Source of the DNA: an archaeon
Lineage (GTDB): Archaea; EX4484-52; WAPT01
Length of the DNA: 64,000 nucleotides
Assembly: GCA_029258795.1 (NCBI GenBank)
Contig: JAPDKB010000002.1
Span: forward strand, 32,001-96,000
Reading direction: 5' to 3'
Shown: in pieces, positions 42,637 through 52,045 of the stretch
Layout of the letters: each line of letters starts with the position of its first letter
Position numbering within the stretch: the stretch's first letter is position 1
Program-made: the position numbers and the translations under genes
The notes under the pieces: model-generated
The model's input: the letters and a program-made list of their open reading frames with translations, nothing else
Database searches by the model: none
Told to the model about the DNA's origin: nothing

Positions 42637-43514
42637 AGAAAGTTGTGGTTGCATCCGGAAAGGGAGGGACGGGCAAAACAACCATCGCGTCAAGCCTCGC
42701 GGTGACGGCAGCAAAGCATTGTAAAGTGGTGGTGGCTGACTGTGATGTTGACGCTCCCAACTTGAAGCTGATTCTGGGGAAAGATAATATGGATGGCTTT
42801 GATTTTGTGGAGGTCAGCACGTCGGAGAAGGCATGTGTGGGTGAGCAGCGCTGCATCAACTGCGGGAGGTGTGTTGAAGCGTGTCAGTTTAATGCCATGC
42901 AGTGGGACAACAAGAAAAAGCTACCGAAGGTCAAGAAGATTTACTGCGAGGGTTGCGGAGCATGCCAGCTTGTGTGTCCAGCTGGAGCCATAGAAATAAA
43001 GGCTGTTAGAAACGGTAGAGTGGGGTGGGGAAAGCTAAGCCCAAATCTCTGGCTGGTTTTCGGTGAGCTTTACGTGGGAGAGTCAGCAAGTGGTAAAATA
43101 GTGGTGGATGTGAAGAAGAAAGCTCTCGAGCTTGCAAGAAATATAAATGCTGACCTGTTCATTGTTGATGCTTCCGCAGGTATAGGATGTCCCGTGATAG
43201 CATCCATGGCGTTCATGGATCACGCTCTCATCGTTGCGGAGCCCACACCCTCAAGCGTCAGCGACATGGAAAGGATGCTCATGCTGGCGGAACACTTCAG
43301 GATGGAAAAGAGCGTGGTGATAAATAAAGCCGGGCTGAGCGAGAGATGGCGAAAGGAAATAGAGACCATGGCATCGAGATATGATGCGGAAATCATAGCC
43401 ACAATTCCGCACGACATGAGAGTTATGAATTCTGTATCAAGGCTCGTTCCTCTTGTTGAATATGAAGCCTCTTATCTTCCTTTATTCGAAAAAATTCTGA
43501 CAAGATTACTCTGA
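42633..43514 (+). CDS. Second MinD/ParA-type ATPase with ferredoxin insert
   Basis: SGKGGTGKT, DCDVDAPN, CEGCGAC, SGKIV, GIGCPV. Confidence 0.9.
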   Translation: MKKVVVASGKGGTGKTTIASSLAVTAAKHCKVVVADCDVDAPNLKLILGKDNMDGFDFVEVSTSEKACVGEQRCINCGRCVEACQFNAMQWDNKKKLPKVKKIYCEGCGACQLVCPAGAIEIKAVRNGRVGWGKLSPNLWLVFGELYVGESASGKIVVDVKKKALELARNINADLFIVDASAGIGCPVIASMAFMDHALIVAEPTPSSVSDMERMLMLAEHFRMEKSVVINKAGLSERWRKEIETMASRYDAEIIATIPHDMRVMNSVSRLVPLVEYEASYLPLFEKILTRLL

Positions 43515-43994
43515 AAAGAACAGCTTCCTGTAATTCTCTGCTAGCTTAACAACCACAACCTTCCCTTCTTTCTCCCTGCTCACCACCCCTCTCTTCTCCA
43601 GCCTCTGCACAGCCCTGAAAACGCGCAGCTTATCAAGCCTTGCCTGCTTTGCTATCCTTGCCTGTGTACTCTCTCCACCGCTTTCAAGCAAGATCTTCAT
43701 AACTCTGGCCTCATCATCTCTGAGCAAGCTAAGCAATAGCTTCTTTTGCTGCGTTTCATTTCTGAAGCGGGGAGAAAGAAGGTAGTAGGTCGTGGTGCCT
43801 ATGAAAAGGCCGAGCACCCCTATGAAAGGAATAAAGAGGTAAACGGGAATGGCACAGGCGCAAATATCTCCTTCGTACACATGTTCCTGCACGTAAAGGG
43901 AAGAGAGAGCAACTATAAAAACAAAGATGGACAGAATAAGCATTGCAAGTATGATTTTTTTATGGAGAGTTTTGAATGATAACGAGCTGTCCAT
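43506..43994 (-). CDS. Membrane-anchored wHTH protein
   Basis: Two TM helices then TQARIAKQARLDKLRVFRAVQRLEKRG. Confidence 0.8.
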   Translation of the reverse strand: MDSSLSFKTLHKKIILAMLILSIFVFIVALSSLYVQEHVYEGDICACAIPVYLFIPFIGVLGLFIGTTTYYLLSPRFRNETQQKKLLLSLLRDDEARVMKILLESGGESTQARIAKQARLDKLRVFRAVQRLEKRGVVSREKEGKVVVVKLAENYRKLFFSE

Positions 43995-44052
43995 GTATCT
44001 GGCATGAGCGGAGAAAAACTTTTATATATATCTTTGGGTGCAATTAAAGGTA

Positions 44053-44985
44053 ATGCCCGCAAAAAAGCAGAGCTTTGGAGAATTTTTGAAGGATAATGTG
44101 GCAACGTCTTTCAAGCATGCGATCCACAGCAGGAGTTTTGTGATAGTTTATCTTTTTCATCTCGTGTTTTTCTCGGCGATGATTTACACAGCATTAAAAA
44201 TGGTTCCTTCTTTTCTCCAACTGAGCATCGCTCAAGAAATGGGGATCGGGCTTGCTGCAGGCACGAACACAGCCGGAATTCTAATGACGCAGTTCGTATA
44301 CTTGGGAGTGATATTTATCATATACTGGCTCCTCAGCTATGTCATAACGGTTGCAGTGCTGGTGGGATTTGATGAGATGAGACGCACCAAAAAAGAGGGA
44401 AGGTTTCTTGATCACTTCGTTTACGGGTTTTATCGGCTGCCCACATTGATAGGCATAGCTATCGTTTCCGCCTTGCTCATGCTTCCCGGTGCAATACTAT
44501 CCGAGCTGGTCAAGAAGGTGTCATTGACTGCCGGAAGCTTTGTTTATGACGTTTATTCCATTGTTCTCACACTGACCATTTTGCTTGCTGTGCCATATGC
44601 CGTGCTGAAGAAGGAAGGCATCCTGAGTTCCATCAAGAAATCCTACCGTGCCTTTAAGGACAATCCCGTCGAGATTCTGATCTCCTATCTTGTGGGGGTC
44701 GCGGTCTCGCTCTCTGTTGTGCTCGCATTTCTCGTGCCGGTTGGTGTTGTGCTGGTCATGAAGCTCTCTCCAGCCATATCACCACTCTTACAGCAGCTGG
44801 GTGGCGCAGCACAACAAAACCCGCAGCTTATGGTGGGTTCAATCTCCGGAATAGTAACCGCACTTTATCAGCACCGTTACTGGCTCATTGGAGGTTATGT
44901 TGTTGGCATTGTGGGTTTCACACTTTCTTACCTTTTCTGGGCTTCTTATCTAGTAGGGTTGTTCAGGAGGTACGGGAGAAAGTAA
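44053..44985 (+). CDS. Multi-pass membrane protein
   Basis: About 6 TM helices; PYAVL..GILSSIKKSY motif. Confidence 0.75.
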   Translation: MPAKKQSFGEFLKDNVATSFKHAIHSRSFVIVYLFHLVFFSAMIYTALKMVPSFLQLSIAQEMGIGLAAGTNTAGILMTQFVYLGVIFIIYWLLSYVITVAVLVGFDEMRRTKKEGRFLDHFVYGFYRLPTLIGIAIVSALLMLPGAILSELVKKVSLTAGSFVYDVYSIVLTLTILLAVPYAVLKKEGILSSIKKSYRAFKDNPVEILISYLVGVAVSLSVVLAFLVPVGVVLVMKLSPAISPLLQQLGGAAQQNPQLMVGSISGIVTALYQHRYWLIGGYVVGIVGFTLSYLFWASYLVGLFRRYGRK

Positions 44986-45065
44986 TTCGTTGATTGACGG
45001 TATTCTCTGAAGGGTGAATTCTAATGTTTTAAAAATTTAAAGTGTAACTATCAAGCGGTGAAATT

Positions 45066-45695
45066 ATGAATGATGATCGGGTAAATAAAATTAAAATCAT
45101 GTATGTTTTAATCCCGGTGCCTGTATCGAAATCTCCATTTATTGAAAATGAACACAAAACCTATTCTGAAAAGAGCAAGTCTGGTGTGATACATCCAGAA
45201 ATACTTTCTGCTGGTTTTGCAGCATCCCTTTTTGAGGATAAGCATTTTGAGCGCATTTATAAAAAGGTCGCGCGAAGATTTGGGAATCATTTAGGAAGTA
45301 GAACGTATGATGTCAAAAACAGAGGTTCTCTTCCACTAATGGTCATTGAGGCATGCTCAAAAGCTGTGGGTCTAGATGCTTTGGATCCTGAAGAAATTTA
45401 TATCCAGAATTTATTGGAATTCAAAAGAAACAAAGAATATCGAATTCAGGTTTTGAAAGAGTGTTCTGAGATGAGCAAGGGAGCGAGGTACAAAGACAAG
45501 TATGTGGAGGTCATACGCCAATTCTTGGGCGATATACCTTGGTACAAGAGAATAACGGAGAAATTAAAGGGCAAGCAGGGTGACGATTTTGAGAATATGG
45601 AAGGACTGGGTAAAGAGATTCATGAACACATTATCGATGGTTATTTCATCTTACATGATTACCTCCAACAAAAATCGTGTGAATGTTACGGGTGA
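45066..45695 (+). CDS. Hypothetical protein
   Basis: 209-aa ORF, no recognised motif. Confidence 0.55.
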   Translation: MNDDRVNKIKIMYVLIPVPVSKSPFIENEHKTYSEKSKSGVIHPEILSAGFAASLFEDKHFERIYKKVARRFGNHLGSRTYDVKNRGSLPLMVIEACSKAVGLDALDPEEIYIQNLLEFKRNKEYRIQVLKECSEMSKGARYKDKYVEVIRQFLGDIPWYKRITEKLKGKQGDDFENMEGLGKEIHEHIIDGYFILHDYLQQKSCECYG

Positions 45696-46792
45696 TGCAT
45701 ATGCAGGCTATGGAGCTTCCACCACTATTTAAGGAAACAGAGGAAAAATACGAAGTGCATAGGTTGCCTGAGTATATAATTACTGATAAAGAAGTTAAAG
45801 ATGAGAAAAAAGCTAACTCATACCGTGATAGCGGATATTTCGTTGTAGAGGGTAAAGTATATTCACTACCTCCAGAAGTTCCGGCAGCAGGACTTGCTTC
45901 TTCAAGATGGGATGATGACGAGATAGTAGAATATTATCTAAACTACCTTATCAGAGATTTTATCCCTAAAGAAAAGAAAAAGTTCGTTGAACACTATATT
46001 GATAACCCATTATCTATAGCTAAAACCTTGGGTCCCGAAAATATAATTTTGAGAGTTTTTGGTAAGGAAAGTATGAAGGATAAAAAAATTTATGAAGAAA
46101 AGGTAAAAGACACGGATCAAGATAAGCTGCGCGGATTACTTCCTGCTATCTGGGCAGAATATTATTTTCAGAATCCATTTTATCATATGTCCTACAGCCC
46201 GTATGAAGAGCTGAAAGAAGGAACAACGGCTAAAGACATATACCTTCTGTGTATTCACGGATTCCGTGACAATCCTAAATATAAGGAGAAAGCTCTACAC
46301 ACTTGGGGTAAGTGGAGCGAGCTTGTAGGGCACACGGATGATCCTCTTATCGAGAAATACCGCATTCTCAGTACAGACCCAGAAATGGAGACCAGACTGA
46401 GACGTGAGACCATGGAACTTCTGGCGGCACCTATTGCTGCCGGAACGATTCTCGGTGTCGGAACATTATCCACAGCGCTCCTCGCACAGACAGATGTGCT
46501 CAAGTGGGGCTTGAAGGCAGGATTTGAAGCTTACAAACACACAGGTGTTACGGGTGCGATTCCAGCACTAGCATATGGAGCGGTCGCGATTCCCGGATTC
46601 ATAATCGGCGGTACTGCAGGTTGGCTGGTCTACAACATCCTCGGAAAAATGGGTGGAGAGAAAATAAGTGAAGGAAAAATACGAAGGATAGAGGAGGATA
46701 AAAGCAGGGTGAGGACAGAGCTTGAAAAAGACATGGAAATCTATCAGAATCTTGCAGACAGTTACTACCGGATGTTAAGAGCTTTGGAATGA
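45683..46792 (+). CDS. Hypothetical protein with C-terminal Gly/Ala-rich hydrophobic hairpin
   Basis: 369-aa ORF; LLAAPIAAGTILGVG and AYGAVAIPGFIIGGTAGWLVY segments. Confidence 0.65.
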   Translation: MLRVMHMQAMELPPLFKETEEKYEVHRLPEYIITDKEVKDEKKANSYRDSGYFVVEGKVYSLPPEVPAAGLASSRWDDDEIVEYYLNYLIRDFIPKEKKKFVEHYIDNPLSIAKTLGPENIILRVFGKESMKDKKIYEEKVKDTDQDKLRGLLPAIWAEYYFQNPFYHMSYSPYEELKEGTTAKDIYLLCIHGFRDNPKYKEKALHTWGKWSELVGHTDDPLIEKYRILSTDPEMETRLRRETMELLAAPIAAGTILGVGTLSTALLAQTDVLKWGLKAGFEAYKHTGVTGAIPALAYGAVAIPGFIIGGTAGWLVYNILGKMGGEKISEGKIRRIEEDKSRVRTELEKDMEIYQNLADSYYRMLRALE

Positions 46793-46793
46793 A

Positions 46794-49649
46794 TTAAGAG
46801 ACGGGTAAGGAAGGGTTGTTGGGCCAGTAATACATGGCATCTATTTGTGCATATGCCCATTCCTCCGCCATACCCATTCCAAATTCTGCCACCGCAAGCC
46901 ACGCACCAGCGGTAAAGTACGCTGCCACTACGTTAACCGCAGTCATGAAAGCGCTAACACCCAATTTCAAAGCCTGTTCTTGAAGGGTGCCGCTTCCATA
47001 GTAACAGAAGTTGTCAGTGTTTGTTGGAGCTCGAACAACCGAAACCGTGATTACGGGGTGAGTGGTTTTATCAATTAGCTGTTGAGGCACAATACCGTCT
47101 AAAGCACTTGTGAAGATATTGGGTGGATTACAGCTTCTTTTGACCTTAACGTTAGTCGGGAGGATATCAACATCTTCTCCAAGCCAATGCTTAAAGGAGC
47201 TGTAATCATAGAGTTCGTTATTGGCACGACCGGTGGGCTCAAAAATACCCCATATCGGATTATTCTCTGGTGTCTTTCCCACACAGTAAACTTCCTCTCT
47301 TATGGGTAAGGGCATACCATTCTCTACTATTATTCCTCCAGCACCAGTAACTTTAGCCACATAAACACAGGATTTAGGCCAAGAGGCACATATGTCTCTT
47401 GGAGGTGGTGTGAACGGATTCACGAAATCGGTAAACCAACTCCAGTCCGCACCAGAATAAGGTAACAAATTACACATTTGGATTAATGCCGCGCACTCCT
47501 CATACATTTTTCGAGTTTCATTATTATCATCTTTTGTTACTACGTGGTCGATTACATGGTCTTGATAATATTTTTGGAGGTCATCAAGCACCTCGTCATC
47601 AGAGTGTGAGTCATCGAATAGAACTAATTCAGTATGCGTTTTAATATCTTCAGGAATTTTTTCGGTGTCACAATTAAGCTTTGTTTTGACATATTCCGCA
47701 CACACATGTCTATCAAATCTAGTGACAGCACATTCTTTTGTGGCGGTTTTTGAAACCAGCAAGTCCGCTTTGCAGGGAGCGGCAAAATACATTCTTAAAC
47801 TTGAACCTCCCTTGTCGATCTCCACAAAATAAGGTCTGACTTCATCCACCAGCTTTATGGTTTGAGTTGCCCTCTCCGGGCTGGCGGAAGCCGTGAGAAT
47901 GTCCAGCAGGAACACTTTTTGAGGGGAGTAAACATGAAGTGTGTTATAGTCAGAAGGCAACTCCTTGACTTTGAGTGCCATGTCTATTTGCTGAGTGGTA
48001 TAGAGGAGTGCAGCAAGAGCACAGGTCGAAAATCTCTTGAAAGGTCTACCACTGCCTGTCAGAGCTGTGCACTCATAAGAGTTTTTCGCAACTTGTGCCC
48101 AGTAAGAATCTTCCGGTATGATCTGATCCGCAAGTCCGGTATCATCAAGCGCTTCCAGCATCCAGAAGGAGAAATGTGCACCTTCTCGGTAAGCCAGAAA
48201 CTTCATAACCTCCGGGAAATTCTTCCCCACCCCTTTCCAAAATTCCGGACTTAATTTTCGCTGACCCATGAAGCCATATTGATCGGCTAACTTTCTTATA
48301 TTATTTTTGAGCGCTTGGTATGTAGTTTCATCATTTAGAGCATCCTTGAGTATACCCATCGCCTCTTCTTTACTTCCAGCATTTTTTATCTTCTCCAAGG
48401 TTTCTTCCGGTAAGTCCTTCGCGATTGTCGATGCTATTTTGTTATCTGTTTTTAGAACTACCACTGCCAACTTGCTATCTAACTCACCACTTTTTACCCC
48501 CTTAACTATTTCATAGATTCTTTTCCATTGATCTCCCATTTCTTTTATGCTTAGAGTGTAACCTTTAGTGTTAAGATCTCCAAAAATTTCTCGAAAAACA
48601 ACACTTCCGTCCTCTCCATTTCTAATAGCATTTTGCAGCTTTTCGGCTGCTTCTTTGGCAACGTTTTCACTCACGCCTTTATTTTTTAACCACTTTTCAA
48701 AACTCTCCGCCAGGATTTCGTCTCCATCCTTTCGTAGCGTCTTGGCAAATCCTTCCAAGCCCTCAGTACAGCTTTTTAGTGCAATTCTGGATAGAACCTT
48801 CCCTTCTCCTCCAAATATTCTGCCCAAAAAGTTCAGTTTTTTAAGCGCCTTAAAAGCCTTCCCAGCTATACCGCCGCCAACGTTCAAAAATCCCGCAAGC
48901 ACCATACTTCCGAAGAGGTCTGCAGCTTCTTCAGACTCGAGCCATGCCTGCTCTTCTCCCTCTGGAAAAGAATTGTAATAAATTATGACATCAGGGTCGT
49001 AATATTTTGGTTTGATTCTCTCACCGAACTCAACTTTCCCGCTTTCATGCTGTTTCAAGTCAAAATTGAACACTTTACACTTGAATTCTGGTGTGTTCAG
49101 TTGAGAATAGTATTCAGTTATCTTCTCATCCTTGCTGGCGGGATTGCTCCATAAAGCATCTTTTGATAGCAATGTGCTGTTCGCACACACAACAACACTA
49201 TTACCGAACCTGTAAGCAACGGGTTTTTCCTCAGCATAGGCAAGCTCGATTCCAAATAATCCTGTTACAATGTTCTCAACCTTTCTCTTAACTCTTTTCA
49301 TATCCCTTATCATCATCGCCGTTGGGTTGTTTTTTCCAGCTTCTATTGCATTTATTGCATCATCAAATGTGTATAGAGGCTCTATCGTTACTGATCCTGC
49401 ATTGTTCGTTATTTCTGAATTTTCACAGGTATAGTCGTTAATGTATCCTGCAGCCTCACTGTTTATTGCGCAAGCTAACGCTAGAGCTGAAGCCTGGCTT
49501 ATGGGGTCGATTTTGAACTCGAGAAGCTTGCTTAAGAATTCATTCAGGCCTATGATGAATGCCACAAGAAGAAACAATATGAAAATGAAGAGAAGTATTC
49601 TAAAAATAGGTTCTTCTTTCAACGTGGCTTTGGTACGGGAGAGTTTCAT
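46794..49649 (-). CDS. Large membrane-anchored Cys-rich surface protein
   Basis: 951 aa; N-terminal TM; internal and C-terminal Gly/Ala hydrophobic segments. Confidence 0.75.
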   Translation of the reverse strand: MKLSRTKATLKEEPIFRILLFIFILFLLVAFIIGLNEFLSKLLEFKIDPISQASALALACAINSEAAGYINDYTCENSEITNNAGSVTIEPLYTFDDAINAIEAGKNNPTAMMIRDMKRVKRKVENIVTGLFGIELAYAEEKPVAYRFGNSVVVCANSTLLSKDALWSNPASKDEKITEYYSQLNTPEFKCKVFNFDLKQHESGKVEFGERIKPKYYDPDVIIYYNSFPEGEEQAWLESEEAADLFGSMVLAGFLNVGGGIAGKAFKALKKLNFLGRIFGGEGKVLSRIALKSCTEGLEGFAKTLRKDGDEILAESFEKWLKNKGVSENVAKEAAEKLQNAIRNGEDGSVVFREIFGDLNTKGYTLSIKEMGDQWKRIYEIVKGVKSGELDSKLAVVVLKTDNKIASTIAKDLPEETLEKIKNAGSKEEAMGILKDALNDETTYQALKNNIRKLADQYGFMGQRKLSPEFWKGVGKNFPEVMKFLAYREGAHFSFWMLEALDDTGLADQIIPEDSYWAQVAKNSYECTALTGSGRPFKRFSTCALAALLYTTQQIDMALKVKELPSDYNTLHVYSPQKVFLLDILTASASPERATQTIKLVDEVRPYFVEIDKGGSSLRMYFAAPCKADLLVSKTATKECAVTRFDRHVCAEYVKTKLNCDTEKIPEDIKTHTELVLFDDSHSDDEVLDDLQKYYQDHVIDHVVTKDDNNETRKMYEECAALIQMCNLLPYSGADWSWFTDFVNPFTPPPRDICASWPKSCVYVAKVTGAGGIIVENGMPLPIREEVYCVGKTPENNPIWGIFEPTGRANNELYDYSSFKHWLGEDVDILPTNVKVKRSCNPPNIFTSALDGIVPQQLIDKTTHPVITVSVVRAPTNTDNFCYYGSGTLQEQALKLGVSAFMTAVNVVAAYFTAGAWLAVAEFGMGMAEEWAYAQIDAMYYWPNNPSLPVS

Positions 49650-49686
49650 AGTTATGGTTTTGATATTAAGTGGTATTTATTGATTT

Positions 49687-49809
49687 TGGTGCGCCGGCCG
49701 GGATTTCCTGCTGCGGAACAGCCGGAAATGTGAGGGAGTTTCTTCCGCAGCAATCGAACCCGGGTCAGCGGCTTGGGGGGCCGCTGTCATACCACTAGAC
49801 CACCGGCGC
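49687..49809 (-). tRNA. tRNA-Gly(CCC) with 49-nt T-loop intron (49704-49752); C at position 33
   Basis: Reverse complement GCGCCGG...GCGGC-CCCCCAA-GCCGC...CCGGCGCACCA; relaxed BHB. Confidence 0.88.
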
Positions 49810-49888
49810 ACAATATCCAATCTTCTGCAAGAATGTTTTTGCCGGTTCAACCTTTAAATTTATTAATGATGCAACCCACAATTTCGTC

Positions 49889-50404
49889 ATGACTGGAATA
49901 ACGATTCGCGAACCAGAAATGAATGATGCCAAGCTTCTTCTTGAGTACTTTAACGAGCTGATGGAGGAGAGAACATATCTGGTTTATGATAGAAAGATGA
50001 CGTTGCGAGAGGAGAGAAAGTGGTTGAAGGAACAGCTGGAGAAGATGAAGAAGGGCAAGCTGGTTTTTGTTGTTGCCGAAGCGGACGGGAGGATCGTCGG
50101 CACAGCGCGTATAGAAAGAAAGAATGGTAGAGAGAGTCATCTTGCAGAGTTCGGGATAGCGGTATCCAAGGACTACAGGAGCAAAGGCATCGGAAAAATG
50201 CTGTGGAATGCAGGTTATGAACGCGCTAAAAAGCTATGGGGCGGAAAAGTGAGATACCTCATTCTGTATGTTTTTGAGAACAATGATATCGCACAAAATT
50301 TTTACAGAAAACTGGGCTTCAAGGAAGTTGCCCGCGTCCCGAATGCCATAAGATGGAACGACGGAAGTTTGATAGATGATATAGTGATGATGCGAGAATT
50401 CTGA
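49889..50404 (+). CDS. GNAT family acetyltransferase
   Basis: GIAVSKDYRSKGIG, NDIAQNFYRKLGF. Confidence 0.9.
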   Translation: MTGITIREPEMNDAKLLLEYFNELMEERTYLVYDRKMTLREERKWLKEQLEKMKKGKLVFVVAEADGRIVGTARIERKNGRESHLAEFGIAVSKDYRSKGIGKMLWNAGYERAKKLWGGKVRYLILYVFENNDIAQNFYRKLGFKEVARVPNAIRWNDGSLIDDIVMMREF

Positions 50405-50411
50405 TGTTTCG

Positions 50412-51434
50412 TCATTTCCTCTTCTTTCCACACCACACATGCACCAGCATTTCTTCCCTGCTAATTCCACCATGAGCACCTATAAGCTCAGCACTTTTTT
50501 GCCTCTCAAACGGGTAAACGAACCTTGCATTATTATCCGCTATTACCACCACATTTCCATACATCCTGTAACATCTTCTGCTTATTCTTCCTTCAAACAA
50601 TTCGGATAGCGCACATATCTCCACATATTTATCCTGAGGCTTAAGCGCCTTCGACACAGTATCAACAGTTGTGTCCTTGTAAAAAGCCACTCTGCTACCG
50701 CCGACAGGCACACATCCGTCTACTTCCGGCAGTTTGATTTTATGTGTGGTTTTTATCAAACCGTGATCGGATAAAATGATCAATTCCGACCCTTCAGGCA
50801 TCTTTTTCCAGAGATGTTTTACGAATACCTTTATCATTGCTCTCTCGACCGTCATGGCATCGTTATCAAAACTCTTGTGAAGTATGCGATCCACACCATC
50901 CCAATAGATGAGTGAGAAATCCGCTTCTCTGAGTGGGAACACCTCAGACAGTTGCTTTATCCCTACGATTTCGGCGTGCTTGCATGTCATTCTCGTGAAA
51001 ATGCTATCTGGATATGGCGTGTAGTAGCATGCTTTCAGTCCCATCTCGTATAACATTTGGGATAATGGCTTGAAAGGAAAGACACGTCTTTTAAGAATCT
51101 TTTCATCAACTTCTACACTTTCGGGATAAGCTACGTGCCAAGGAGGGATCTCCATTATCAACTCCTCTCCATAAACTTCAACTCTCGCATACCATTCCAG
51201 ATAGCCGTGCTGATGTGGATCCTTCAGTGAATGGAACGAGTATTGAAATGTGGGTGTGGATGACGGAAAGACAGTTCTATATAAGTGCCTTTTCAGGGAC
51301 CTTAAGCCAAGCTCCCTTGTACCAAACCCATCAATAAGAAAGAGTACAGTTGGGTGTTCCTTTGCAATTTCGGGAATATCTCGAATCAAATCCATCAATT
51401 TAGGTATCTCTTCATACCGGAATGAGCTCCTCAT
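50412..51434 (-). CDS. Alkaline phosphatase superfamily (NPP-like) protein
   Basis: FLIDGFG, TVFPSST, D..LH, LSDHG, GAHGG. Confidence 0.82.
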   Translation of the reverse strand: MRSSFRYEEIPKLMDLIRDIPEIAKEHPTVLFLIDGFGTRELGLRSLKRHLYRTVFPSSTPTFQYSFHSLKDPHQHGYLEWYARVEVYGEELIMEIPPWHVAYPESVEVDEKILKRRVFPFKPLSQMLYEMGLKACYYTPYPDSIFTRMTCKHAEIVGIKQLSEVFPLREADFSLIYWDGVDRILHKSFDNDAMTVERAMIKVFVKHLWKKMPEGSELIILSDHGLIKTTHKIKLPEVDGCVPVGGSRVAFYKDTTVDTVSKALKPQDKYVEICALSELFEGRISRRCYRMYGNVVVIADNNARFVYPFERQKSAELIGAHGGISREEMLVHVWCGKKRK

Positions 51435-51542
51435 AATTTAGTGGGGGGTAAAAAACTATTTAATATAGTGCTCTGTGGAACATTGTCTCGACATCTCAAT
51501 ACACGCGAACCATTTTAAAGTTTGGTTTTGCTCTTCTAAGGT

Positions 51543-52040
51543 ATGGGCGATTCAATGAAAAATGGATTCGAGGCGGCAAAAGAGGTTTACGATCTCAAGC
51601 GCGAGAAATATGGTTTACCTCCTTTTGAGGTCATCTCAATTCTTTTCGATGTTTCCAATCTCGGAAGGCCGGCACGCTTCATTCTGTACGAGATAGCTCA
51701 GTGCATGACTCAAACCGTCAACACCATGCTTGCTCTTATCGAAAGCCTGGTTTCAGGGATGAGGTTGGGCTCATCCTACGAGTACAAGATGCTCACGCTG
51801 GAGGAGAGAGAAGCGGTGAAAAAAATGTGGTTCAAGCTCCAGAGCAAGATGTGGATGCTTCACCGCATAAGCTCGAGCTTGGATGAGGAGGAATTGTGCA
51901 AGGGTATAAAGGAAGTGTACGACTTCTGGGTGAACGAGTTCATACCGTTCAGGGATGTGGTGTTCAGGAAGCTGGAGGAAAGATGGGACAATCAGAAGGT
52001 GAAGAAGCTCGGACAGGAGAGTTTGGAAATATATGAGTAG
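51543..52040 (+). CDS. Hypothetical helical protein
   Basis: 165-aa ORF with native-like composition. Confidence 0.65.
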   Translation: MGDSMKNGFEAAKEVYDLKREKYGLPPFEVISILFDVSNLGRPARFILYEIAQCMTQTVNTMLALIESLVSGMRLGSSYEYKMLTLEEREAVKKMWFKLQSKMWMLHRISSSLDEEELCKGIKEVYDFWVNEFIPFRDVVFRKLEERWDNQKVKKLGQESLEIYE

Positions 52041-52045
52041 CTTTC

